A program made the translations under genes and the position numbers. Positions 31,671 to 40,948 of a DNA stretch of 64,000 bases are shown piece after piece. Under the pieces are notes generated by a model that ran no database searches, was not told where the DNA came from, and worked only from the letters and a program-made list of their open reading frames with translations. The stretch's first letter is position 1. Each line of letters begins with the position of its first letter. This stretch comes from an uncultured Eubacteriales bacterium (GTDB lineage Bacteria > Bacillota > Clostridia > Christensenellales > UBA1242), in assembly GCA_949283525.1 (NCBI GenBank), contig CASDSK010000038.1, positions 1 through 64,000 of the forward strand. Reading direction: 5' to 3'.

Positions 31671-32630
31671 TTATTCCTCTTTTTTATCTATTTTTGCTAT
31701 TTTGTTATCATTATCTATTTCATTAATTTTATTTCTAGGGTTATTCAAGTAATCTTCTTGAATTAAATTTTCTTTATCTTCAATTATTATATTTTGACTT
31801 TGTAAAGTTAAATTGGCTTTATTTAACATTAATTTATTAATTTTATTTTGGACTTGTTTCCTTTCCATCCAGACTATTGCAATTAGTAAAAAAATACCTG
31901 CTATTACAAATAAAATACTAACGACTTGAGAAACTGGAACATTTGAACTACCTATAAATAATATTTCGCTTTCTTGTCGCATTCCTTCAAGAAAATATCT
32001 TTCAGTTCCATACAAAATCAAATAAAGACTTGTAACTATCCCAAATTTTTGAGTTTTTTTGAATACAAACATCAAAACAACAAATATTCCTAAACAAATC
32101 ATGCTTTCATAAAAAAATGTTGCATAATGCCATTCTCCAAGCCTATCAATATAAACAGAAAATGGAAACCATTGTAAATTAGGGTCTTGCACTACTTTAC
32201 CAAAAACTTCTTGATTAGCAAAATTGCCCCACCTACCTATTGATTGTGCTATTACAAGACTTGGCGCCACCAAATCAGTTACTTTTAACAAATTTTGATT
32301 TCTAATAATTGCAAACAATATTAAACCAATTAAACCACCAATTATGCCACCATAAATAGCCATACCACCATTCCAAATTGAAATGGCTTCCACAAAAGTA
32401 TAGGATTGTCCTGAAAAGATTATGTAATAAATTCTCGCTCCAACTATTGCTAATGGAAAGCACCATAAAAGGATTTCATAAGGAAAATCATTTGAATATT
32501 TTTTTTGTTTAGCATTATAACAAGCAACCAAAACAGCGACAAGAACACCTGTCGCTATTATTATACCGTACCATTTTATTTGTAATCCAAAAATTTCAAA
32601 TGCTAAACCTGCTTCCAACAAAAATGTCAT
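31671..32630 (-). CDS. lgt: Phosphatidylglycerol--prolipoprotein diacylglyceryl transferase.
   Basis: Lgt signature GRWGNFANQEVFG and multi-TM topology. Confidence 0.85.
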   Translation of the reverse strand: MTFLLEAGLAFEIFGLQIKWYGIIIATGVLVAVLVACYNAKQKKYSNDFPYEILLWCFPLAIVGARIYYIIFSGQSYTFVEAISIWNGGMAIYGGIIGGLIGLILFAIIRNQNLLKVTDLVAPSLVIAQSIGRWGNFANQEVFGKVVQDPNLQWFPFSVYIDRLGEWHYATFFYESMICLGIFVVLMFVFKKTQKFGIVTSLYLILYGTERYFLEGMRQESEILFIGSSNVPVSQVVSILFVIAGIFLLIAIVWMERKQVQNKINKLMLNKANLTLQSQNIIIEDKENLIQEDYLNNPRNKINEIDNDNKIAKIDKKEE

Positions 32631-32703
32631 TGTTTTTCTCCGTTGTTTAATTTTATAAATTATACCATAATAATAACAAAATTCAAATAGATTTTATTAG
32701 TTA

Positions 32704-33372
32704 TTATGAAACAAAAAATTTTTCTTCTATATTATCGTTATCAAAAGTATTCAACGCAATTTTATTGATTGAAATTTCATATGCAATCTTGTTTTCAATA
32801 TTATCATCATCAATTTTCTTTTGATATTCACGGCTTTGAACACGCCCTTGTAATATTACTTTTTCTCCTACATTAATTGATTTTACAAATCTTGCATTTC
32901 TCCCCCACGCAATACAAGGAATATAGTCTGACTTATTGTAGGCTCTATTTACTGCAATTAAAACATCACAAATTTCTCTATTAAAAGGAGTCGTGCGATA
33001 TATAGGTTCTTTACAAATATATCCAGAAAGTTCAATCACATTTGTAGGATAATTTTCAATTTTTGGTACTATTTCACGCACAAAAATAGTTAAATCAAGT
33101 TTACTTTTGCCTTCCACTTGCTTATTATAACTACGGAATTGCCCTTTTAATGCGACCATATCTCCTACTTTGATTCCTTCTTCACGAAGTATTCTTTCTG
33201 AAATTGTTATAGGAATGAAATCGCATTGGCTTGATAATCGTTCAATTTTAATTATCATATTATAGAAGCCTTCTCCATAAACTTCATGGCTAAATTCAGC
33301 ATTGCTTACAATTTGACCATAAACATAAACTTTATTATTGTTCATTTGCTCGTAATTCATTTTTCCCTCCAT
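32704..33372 (-). CDS. Tandem OB-fold SSB-like protein, with two SSB domains in one polypeptide.
   Basis: Two SSB-like repeats (NKVYVYGQIV..DFIPITISER..GD.V.L.G.FRSY; NVIELSGYIC..NRAY...DYIPCIAWGRNA..VGEKVILQGRVQSREY). Confidence 0.45.
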   Translation of the reverse strand: MEGKMNYEQMNNNKVYVYGQIVSNAEFSHEVYGEGFYNMIIKIERLSSQCDFIPITISERILREEGIKVGDMVALKGQFRSYNKQVEGKSKLDLTIFVREIVPKIENYPTNVIELSGYICKEPIYRTTPFNREICDVLIAVNRAYNKSDYIPCIAWGRNARFVKSINVGEKVILQGRVQSREYQKKIDDDNIENKIAYEISINKIALNTFDNDNIEEKFFVS

Positions 33373-33378
33373 TGTACA

Positions 33379-34146
33379 TTATGAATTTTTGCTTTGAATA
33401 CCTTGACTATTTATACTGTAGTTGTCTTGATAAACTAAATCTCCAATATTAGTTATTTCAAAACCTTTCTTTTTTAATCTGTCAAGAACTAATGGCAATG
33501 CATCCAAAATATGATCTGAATTATTATGACAAAGTATGATGCTTCCATTTTTAACATTATTGACAATTCTCATTGTTATCTCATCGCTAGAAAGACCTTT
33601 CCAATCTAATGAATCAACATCCCATTGAATAGTTTTTAAATTTAATTTTTCTGCCTGCTCAATTAAAGAGTTGTTATATGCTCCATATGGAGCTCTAAAC
33701 AATTCTACTTTTTTATTGGTTATTTTTTCAATTTTTTCAATAGATATTTCCAATTCTAATTTTTGGTTTTCTGCACTTAATTTTGTCATATCAGGATGTG
33801 TATTACTATGAGTACCTATTTCAAACCCTTCTTCATTAATTTTTTTCACGAGTTCAGGATATTCATCGACCCAAAAACCTACAAGAAAAAATGTTGCTTT
33901 AACATTATACTCATTACAAATTTTAATAATTTCTTCAGTTTTGTCTGCACCCCATGCTGCATCAAATGAAATTGCTACTTTAGGCTTATCAGTATTAACT
34001 GCATAAATAGGCACTTTGCGAATTGTTTGGCCTAAAAAAACCCCTGCTACTCTACCACCATCAAGGTTAATACACAACATTGCTAATAATGCAAAAACTA
34101 AAATCAATTTTTTAATAGAATTTAACCTAAATACAATAAATTTCAT
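33379..34146 (-). CDS. Polysaccharide deacetylase (NodB homology) with an N-terminal anchor.
   Basis: ATFFLVGFW...GFEIGTHSNTHPDM blocks. Confidence 0.75.
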   Translation of the reverse strand: MKFIVFRLNSIKKLILVFALLAMLCINLDGGRVAGVFLGQTIRKVPIYAVNTDKPKVAISFDAAWGADKTEEIIKICNEYNVKATFFLVGFWVDEYPELVKKINEEGFEIGTHSNTHPDMTKLSAENQKLELEISIEKIEKITNKKVELFRAPYGAYNNSLIEQAEKLNLKTIQWDVDSLDWKGLSSDEITMRIVNNVKNGSIILCHNNSDHILDALPLVLDRLKKKGFEITNIGDLVYQDNYSINSQGIQSKNS

Positions 34147-34392
34147 TTAAGCACCTCAATTATATAATTAATAAAATTAAAAAAATTTGCAATAAATGTC
34201 GAATAATAAATCTATATACAAAAATTTATCATATATAATATTGCTTATTAATTTTATGTCTTAAAATATTTTTTTAGAACAATTTAAAAAAAATAGTTAC
34301 ACAAATAAATAATTTTGAATAGTATGTAATAGGTTCTTTGCTTCTTCCCTACAGCATTGAACCTGACTTTTGACCAGCAAGGATAAAATAAA

Positions 34393-35136
34393 ATGAGTTT
34401 ATTACAATTAAAAAATATAAGTCTTAATTACCATTCTCCAAAAGGTGAAACATTAGCACTCAAAAATATTTCATTCGATGTAAATGAAAATGAATTTATT
34501 GCTATAGTTGGACCAAGTGGATGTGGTAAAACTACAATTTTGTCACTTATATCTGGAATATTAAAACCAAGTTCAGGTGAAATCATTACACATGATGAAA
34601 CTGAGAATTTTATAGGTTATATGTTCCAACGAGACCATTTATTCGAATGGCGCACAATTTGGCAAAATGTAATTTTAGGCCTTGAAATACAAAAGAAAAA
34701 AAATCAAAAAAATTTTGATTATATTGAGAATTTATTAAAAAAATACGGATTGTACGAATTTAAAGATAAATTTCCAAAAGAATTATCAGGCGGAATGAGA
34801 CAAAGAGTAGCACTTATTAGAACATTAGCACTTAATCCAAAAATTCTATTGTTAGATGAACCCTTCTCTGCTCTAGATTATCAAACTAGATTAAATGTTT
34901 GTGATGATGTTAGTAATATTATCAAAAGCGAAAGAAAAACTGCAATATTAGTAACTCACGATATTTCGGAGGCTATCTCAATGGCAGATAGAATCATCAT
35001 TTTGACTCCCCGTCCTGCCGAAATTAAAAAAATAATTTCTTTAGATTTACAAAAATATGGAACCCCTTTCCAAAGACGTGAATGTAAGGAGTTTTCAAAA
35101 TTGTTTAATGAAGTTTGGAAGGATTTGGAGAATTAA
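34393..35136 (+). CDS. ABC importer ATP-binding protein (SsuB/TauB/ThiZ type).
   Basis: Walker A GPSGCGKTT, signature LSGGMRQR, Walker B LLLDEP. Confidence 0.85.
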   Translation: MSLLQLKNISLNYHSPKGETLALKNISFDVNENEFIAIVGPSGCGKTTILSLISGILKPSSGEIITHDETENFIGYMFQRDHLFEWRTIWQNVILGLEIQKKKNQKNFDYIENLLKKYGLYEFKDKFPKELSGGMRQRVALIRTLALNPKILLLDEPFSALDYQTRLNVCDDVSNIIKSERKTAILVTHDISEAISMADRIIILTPRPAEIKKIISLDLQKYGTPFQRRECKEFSKLFNEVWKDLEN

Positions 35137-35139
35137 ATA

Positions 35140-35952
35140 ATGAAACATTCAAAAGAAAACTACTCAAAAGAACATTTAAATTATTTAAAAAAAAGAAAAA
35201 ACAATCTTATAATTATTTTATCAAGCCAAATAGGTATACTTGTTATATTTATATTTTTGTGGGAACTTCTAGCGCAGATAGGTGCAATAAATTCGTTTAT
35301 TACAAGTTCACCTTCAAAAATCATAAAGACCATGGGCGAACTGTGGGCAAGTGGCGACTTATTTATGCACATGGGAGTTACATTAGTTGAAACTATAGCA
35401 GGTTTTTTAATTGCTTCATTTCTTGGAACGTTCATAGCCATTTTACTATGGTGGAGTGAAAAAGCAAGAAAAATTTTAGAGCCATATTTAGTAGTATTAA
35501 ATAGCTTACCCAAAATAGCTCTTGGCCCATTAATTATTATATGGGTCGGCTCGGGCACAAGTGCTATTATTACAATATGTGTACTAATATGTATCATTAT
35601 TACTACAATAACAATGTTAAATGCTTTTTTATCGTGTGACGAAGATAAAATATTGTTAATGAAATCTATGGGTGCCAATAAATTAAAAATTTTAATAAAA
35701 CTTGTGTTACCTTATTCTGCTCCTAATTTTATATCTATGTTAAAAATTAATGTAGGTATGAGTTGGGTCGGCTCAATAATGGGTGAATATTTATCAAGTA
35801 GTGCTGGACTTGGATACCTAATTGTATATGGGTCACAAGTATTTAGGCTCGACTTAGTTATGACAAGTACGGTTATACTTTGTATACTTGCAGGAATAAT
35901 GTATTATTTAGTCGCTCTTTTAGAAAAATACTATAACAAAAAGCATAGATAA
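35140..35952 (+). CDS. ABC importer permease (SsuC/ThiX type, BPD_transp_1).
   Basis: 6 TM helices and an EAA-like loop. Sits downstream of the ATPase. Confidence 0.8.
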   Translation: MKHSKENYSKEHLNYLKKRKNNLIIILSSQIGILVIFIFLWELLAQIGAINSFITSSPSKIIKTMGELWASGDLFMHMGVTLVETIAGFLIASFLGTFIAILLWWSEKARKILEPYLVVLNSLPKIALGPLIIIWVGSGTSAIITICVLICIIITTITMLNAFLSCDEDKILLMKSMGANKLKILIKLVLPYSAPNFISMLKINVGMSWVGSIMGEYLSSSAGLGYLIVYGSQVFRLDLVMTSTVILCILAGIMYYLVALLEKYYNKKHR

Positions 35953-36030
35953 ATATATTTAATTAGTTAAACTAAATAAGAACGATTATACAAAAGTCAA
36001 TTTTTATCCAATAAAATGGTGTTCAAAAAA

Positions 36031-36090
36031 GAAACCTTATTGTGAAGTGAACCCCGAAGGGGTCACTTCAATTGTAGGTTTCTTTTTTTT
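36031..36090. terminator. Strong bidirectional terminator.
   Basis: A6, a long imperfect hairpin (gaaacct...gaacccc-gaa-ggggtcac...aggtttc), then T8. GC-rich in an AT-rich spacer. Confidence 0.7.
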
Positions 36091-36139
36091 GTTGGAAAAA
36101 TAAAAAAGACTGCAAAAAATTTATGCAATCTTCTAAATT

Positions 36140-37315
36140 TTATTTATCATTATGACAACCACAATTGCAATGTGAATCACCACATCCACAATCACAATCA
36201 TCTTCGCATCCACAGTTACATCCGTGATAATCGTTAGGGTCGATTTCTACGACTGAAAATGCTTGAACAAATTGTGCTCTTGGCATTTTTTCAGTAGTAG
36301 TAAAGCCTGCTTCTGCTTCAAGAACATCTAACAATCTATTTACAATAGTTGCACATGTCAATTCAACTGTACGAGGTCTTTCAACAGTTATAGTTGTATT
36401 AGGTTCTCCTTCTATAGTCCAAACATTGCTGTCAAAATCTTCAGGAGCATAAACCATACCTACACATTGTGTTTCTAATATAATTCCTTCTTCAGTTTCT
36501 GTAGTAACTACAGCACTCATTCCACGTGCATCACCTGCTTTGATAATCATACCTAGTGTTGAAGAATTTAAATCTTTATCATACACTTGTGGGACACATT
36601 TTTGAGTCTGTTTTTTTACAGTTAACCCTAATTGTGAACATAACCATCCATTAGTATTCCACATATATGAAGGTGCAAATTTTCCACTATTTATAAGTTT
36701 TTGTCTTTCAGACTCTGAAATATTATCTATAGACGCAACTTGTTCATCAAATTGTTTTAGATTAAGACCAGCACCATGCACTTGTGCAAGTGCTATACCA
36801 TAATCTTCTACATTATAACTAGTACGCCCTGTTATTTTTTTTATTGACTGTGTAGCACCAGCTAATGTAGTAATTAAATTTCCCCAAAATACGTCTTGAT
36901 AACCTGACCCACAAATCGTACATCCGTTTTCTTTAGCTAATGCGTCAATTTCTGAAGTTAATTCTGGGTTTGAATTCCAAGGGTAAAATGCTTCTTCACA
37001 AGTTGTAATAGCATTGACTCCACACTCAGCACAAATTAACAAAATATCTTTTAAATCATTTAATAAACTCATTGTTGCAACAATACAAATATCTGGTGTC
37101 GTTTGTGCGAAAATTTCTTTTACCTTTTTTGCGTCTTCTATTTGAACATTATAGTTTTTACCGTCATTTATAATTTCTCCAATGTCCTTACCAAATTTAC
37201 TTTTGTCAATGTCAAAGGCACAAACAATTTCTCCGCCTTTTTCATAAACATATCTCATTAAGTATTGTGACATTTTCCCACAACCATACATTGCTACTTT
37301 TAATTTTCTTTCCAT
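36140..37315 (-). CDS. NAD(P)-binding Rossmann oxidoreductase (DapB-N / amine-dehydrogenase-like) with a Cys/His-rich C-terminal tail.
   Basis: N-terminal KVAMYGCGKMSQ dinucleotide-binding turn. C-terminus HGCNCGCEDDCDCGCGDSHCNCGCHNDK has 11 Cys and 3 His in 28 residues. Confidence 0.45.
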   Translation of the reverse strand: MERKLKVAMYGCGKMSQYLMRYVYEKGGEIVCAFDIDKSKFGKDIGEIINDGKNYNVQIEDAKKVKEIFAQTTPDICIVATMSLLNDLKDILLICAECGVNAITTCEEAFYPWNSNPELTSEIDALAKENGCTICGSGYQDVFWGNLITTLAGATQSIKKITGRTSYNVEDYGIALAQVHGAGLNLKQFDEQVASIDNISESERQKLINSGKFAPSYMWNTNGWLCSQLGLTVKKQTQKCVPQVYDKDLNSSTLGMIIKAGDARGMSAVVTTETEEGIILETQCVGMVYAPEDFDSNVWTIEGEPNTTITVERPRTVELTCATIVNRLLDVLEAEAGFTTTEKMPRAQFVQAFSVVEIDPNDYHGCNCGCEDDCDCGCGDSHCNCGCHNDK

Positions 37316-37392
37316 TTAAAACCTCCAAAAGAACAATAATATTTTAACTATTAATAATATTTTTGTCAAATAAAATAAAACTATTCTTAAAA

Positions 37393-38544
37393 TTAATCGA
37401 AAGAAAGATAACCAAAGCCTTCAACATTTCTATCTTTAACAATTGGTTTACAATTATGCAAAAGCAATGTTTTTATTTGATTAGGTGTAATTTTCTTTTT
37501 GTATTTTTGCAAAATTAAACAAGAAACTCCAGCTATTAAGGGCGCACTAACACTAGTACCACTCATTTTAGTGTAGTTCTTATCAATTGAACAGGAAGTT
37601 AAATTTACTCCTGATACTACTAAGTCAGGCTTATAAAATTCAAAAGCTGGCCCTCTAGAAGAAAAATCTGCTATCACAAAATCGCTAGCATTATATAAGC
37701 CATTCTCTTTTCTTTTATCATCCATGGAGCCTACAGTAATAATTTTTCTACTAGCCCCTGGAGATTTTATAGTATTTTTTTCAGGTCCACTGTTACCAGC
37801 AGCAGCAACAACCACTATCCCACTATCCCACAACTTTTCTGCACCTTTCATTAATGGGTCAACTTTTGAGGTAGGCATAGCGCCAAAACTCATACACACA
37901 ACATCAATATTATACTTATCTTTATTTTCAAAAACCCATTGCATAGCTTCTAACATTTCAACTGATGAAGATTGCCCCTCACCATCAAGTGCTTTTAGAA
38001 TATATAAACTACAATTTGGGGCGACGCCAGCAAATTTTTTTCCTTCGCTTATTCCATTAGATGCGATAACTCCTGCAACAAATGTACCATGTCCATTATC
38101 ATCGTATATTTTATTATCACTTTTTTTGCTAGTAAAATCTTTAAAAAATTTTACCCTATTATATGGATACAAAAAGTCTAAATGTGGACAAATTCCAGTA
38201 TCAATAATAGCTACATTAACCCCATGTCCTGACAGTCCATTCATATAAAAATTATCTAGATTAATAATCTTTTTTGCTACATTAACTTGTGCAAAAACTT
38301 TGGTCTGTGATGACACAAAATTAACATAATTAGATTTTATGACTTTATTCAAATCCTTAATGTTAATTTCAACACAAATAGCATTAATAAATTTGAAAAC
38401 TTTAACAATCTTAAAATTATTTGATTCAAAATACATTATTGCTTTATCAATGTCTTTAACGTAAACAATAACTGATAGTGTAGTTTCGGTATTTTGTTGT
38501 GCTTTTACAATTCTAAATAATGATAAATCTAATTTATTTAACAT
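37393..38544 (-). CDS. Subtilisin-like serine protease (peptidase S8) with an N-terminal propeptide-like region and no signal peptide.
   Basis: Catalytic triad blocks VAIIDTGI, HGTFVAGVIAS and GTSVSAPLIAGV. The N-terminus is not hydrophobic. Confidence 0.85.
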   Translation of the reverse strand: MLNKLDLSLFRIVKAQQNTETTLSVIVYVKDIDKAIMYFESNNFKIVKVFKFINAICVEINIKDLNKVIKSNYVNFVSSQTKVFAQVNVAKKIINLDNFYMNGLSGHGVNVAIIDTGICPHLDFLYPYNRVKFFKDFTSKKSDNKIYDDNGHGTFVAGVIASNGISEGKKFAGVAPNCSLYILKALDGEGQSSSVEMLEAMQWVFENKDKYNIDVVCMSFGAMPTSKVDPLMKGAEKLWDSGIVVVAAAGNSGPEKNTIKSPGASRKIITVGSMDDKRKENGLYNASDFVIADFSSRGPAFEFYKPDLVVSGVNLTSCSIDKNYTKMSGTSVSAPLIAGVSCLILQKYKKKITPNQIKTLLLHNCKPIVKDRNVEGFGYLSFD

Positions 38545-38599
38545 AAAAATTCACTTTCAAAATATGGTGTATTATAAAAATTGAATACACCATATTTAG

Positions 38600-38920
38600 T
38601 TATTTTATTAAATTTATAAGTTCTTCCATTTTTTGTTTTTGTTCTTCATTTAACAATGGTTTAATCATTTCAGCAAGTTTGTCAATTTCGCTTGGATTAA
38701 AAGTTCCATTTCTCTTTTTTTCATTTATAATTTTAAATATTTCAGTTATTAGTTCTGCCTCACTCATATTTTGAAACTTTGATATTAAATCTTCAATTTG
38801 AGACCCATATTGTTCTTTTAAGTCATTTAAAGCAGTTTCTTCTTTTGGTGTTAAATTATCATTTTGTACTTTATTCACAAAATCTTTTACATTTACTTTA
38901 TTATAATCTTTAATATCCAT
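38600..38920 (-). CDS. Small acidic all-helical protein. It is the first gene of the minus-strand operon with the S8 protease and the oxidoreductase.
   Basis: ORF with a good AAGGAG SD and a consensus-like promoter upstream on the minus strand. No Cys. Confidence 0.35.
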   Translation of the reverse strand: MDIKDYNKVNVKDFVNKVQNDNLTPKEETALNDLKEQYGSQIEDLISKFQNMSEAELITEIFKIINEKKRNGTFNPSEIDKLAEMIKPLLNEEQKQKMEELINLIK

Positions 38921-38997
38921 TAACTTCTCCTTATTCGCTTTGCGAACATTATATAATATGCAAACATAAAATATTTTGACAAAAAAATGAGGTATAT

Positions 38998-39288
38998 ATG
39001 GATAACTTAAATAATTTATACTCAGTTATAAAATCATTTTTACCAATAGCAGACAAATATCTAATTAATTCTCCTCTAGAACCATATCTACCTCAAATTG
39101 AAAGTATAATAAATACTATAGATTCATTTGGTGGTATAGAAAAAATAAATTCATTATTAAGTGGTTTAAACATTAATAAACAACAATTTATAGATAATAA
39201 CAACAATTCTAATATTTCAAAAGTTAATACAACAAACAATTATGTTAATAAAAATATAAAAAAAATTGATGAGTATACAAAAATTTAA
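38998..39288 (+). CDS. Hypothetical N-rich small protein.
   Basis: ORF only, with a low-complexity C-terminal half. Confidence 0.25.
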   Translation: MDNLNNLYSVIKSFLPIADKYLINSPLEPYLPQIESIINTIDSFGGIEKINSLLSGLNINKQQFIDNNNNSNISKVNTTNNYVNKNIKKIDEYTKI

Positions 39289-39300
39289 TTAAATAATATG

Positions 39301-39858
39301 TTAAAATCTACATTCAAAACGAGTAGCATATCTATCAATATTTTTTATAACATCCCTTGCATATTTGTTCGTTTCTTTGTACGGGGTTGTTTTTAATATA
39401 ACATTATTTATAGAATAATAATTATTCTTTAACCAATTTCGTACAGTACCTTCTCCAGCATTGTATGCACATAGTGTAGTGTAATCATCATCAAATCTTT
39501 CAAATAAATATTTTAAATAAAATGTGCCCATATTAATATTAAATTGTGCATCATATAATTGGTTGACGTTATAGTTTTCTATACCCATTCTAACTGCAAG
39601 CCATTCTGCAGTTTGTGGCATAATTTGCATTAACCCTATCGCCCCACTTCTAGATACACAAAGATTATTAAAACTACTTTCTTCATTTATTACACTTGCA
39701 ATAAATGCTGGCTCTATACCATATATATAACCGGCAGTTTTTATTTCTTCGTAATATTTCAATGGATACATTACATTGAAATAAATAACGTAAATTACGC
39801 TAGACAAAACCAATACTATAACAGAAAGAGATATTGATAATACTTTTATTTTGTTCAT
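39301..39858 (-). CDS. Membrane-anchored lytic transglycosylase (SLT domain).
   Basis: SLT family-1 motifs ES.FN......GAIGLMQIMP.TA and AYNAGEG. N-terminal TM. Confidence 0.75.
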   Translation of the reverse strand: MNKIKVLSISLSVIVLVLSSVIYVIYFNVMYPLKYYEEIKTAGYIYGIEPAFIASVINEESSFNNLCVSRSGAIGLMQIMPQTAEWLAVRMGIENYNVNQLYDAQFNINMGTFYLKYLFERFDDDYTTLCAYNAGEGTVRNWLKNNYYSINNVILKTTPYKETNKYARDVIKNIDRYATRFECRF

Positions 39859-39943
39859 AATTTATTTTATGTCATTTTGTTTTCTTTATACTATAATCAT
39901 CTACAACTAGAATATTAAATAAGTTATATTCATAAAATTTTAT

Positions 39944-40948
39944 ATGAATAAAATAAAAATAAAAGGCTTTAGAACAATGATATTTTGTTCTATATTTACT
40001 TTAATAATTATATTATTTTTAATAATTAATCCAAACAAATATATTAACTCAGCATTTAATGGAATTTTAATATGGGCTAAAGCAGTATTACCTTCACTAT
40101 TTCCCTTCTTCTTTTTAACAAAACTTTTAACTGAATTAGGTGGAATTAAAATTTTAGCCAATTCATTACAGAAATTTATGCAAAAATGCTTTCACGTAAA
40201 TGGAATAGGCAGTTATGTATTCCTAACGAGCATAATGAGTGGATATCCAGTTGGGGCTAAAATTACAAGTGAACTATATGAGAAACAAATGATTACTTCA
40301 AGTGAGGCAAAAAGATTAATAACTTTCACGTCTACTTCTGGTCCATTATTTGTAGTAGGCACAGTTGGAGTCGGTATGTTTGGAAGCACACTAATGGGCT
40401 TTGTTATATTAATTTCGCATTTTTTAGGTGCTATTATTAACGGATTATTATATAGAAATTACTCCTACAAAAAAAATGAAAAAACACAATTTAACCGTTT
40501 TACTTTTGAAGGAATAAACGAAAATATATTAGAAAAGTCAATGTTAAGTGCTATAAACTCAATACTAATCGTTGGTGGGTATATCACGATTTTCTTTATT
40601 TTGATTGACATTCTATCCGATATAGGTTTGTTAAATATTTTAAATATATTAATATCCAATTTCTTTAATTTTATCGGTATTTCATCTCAATATTCTAATG
40701 GAATTTCTACTGGTATACTTGAAATGACTCGAGGATGTTATGAGATATCAATGAATTTTACAGATTTAAAAATTGCCACAATCTTAGCAACTTTTATAAT
40801 TAGTTTTGGTGGTTTATCCACACATTTACAAGCAATGACTTTTTTGCAGAAATGCAATATAAGTATTAAATTTTTCCTTTTACAAAAAACAACACATGCC
40901 CTACTAGCATGTGTCATATCAACTATAATATCAAGTATATTTATGTAA
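39944..40948 (+). CDS. YlbJ-like nucleoside-recognition (Gate) domain membrane protein.
   Basis: Polytopic membrane protein resembling the YlbJ/spore-maturation membrane family. Confidence 0.4.
   Translation: MNKIKIKGFRTMIFCSIFTLIIILFLIINPNKYINSAFNGILIWAKAVLPSLFPFFFLTKLLTELGGIKILANSLQKFMQKCFHVNGIGSYVFLTSIMSGYPVGAKITSELYEKQMITSSEAKRLITFTSTSGPLFVVGTVGVGMFGSTLMGFVILISHFLGAIINGLLYRNYSYKKNEKTQFNRFTFEGINENILEKSMLSAINSILIVGGYITIFFILIDILSDIGLLNILNILISNFFNFIGISSQYSNGISTGILEMTRGCYEISMNFTDLKIATILATFIISFGGLSTHLQAMTFLQKCNISIKFFLLQKTTHALLACVISTIISSIFM

Noticed and set aside
35115-35390. A 91-aa ORF spanning the ATPase/permease junction of the ThiXZ-like operon.
   Set aside because: It overlaps two real genes in another frame and has a K-rich junk translation.
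36140-37315. Reading the Cys-tail oxidoreductase as a dihydrodipicolinate reductase (dapB) proper.
   Set aside because: Only the N-terminal dinucleotide-binding region resembles DapB. The protein is about 120 aa longer, with a different C-terminal half and the Cys-rich tail, so it is left as DapB-N-like.
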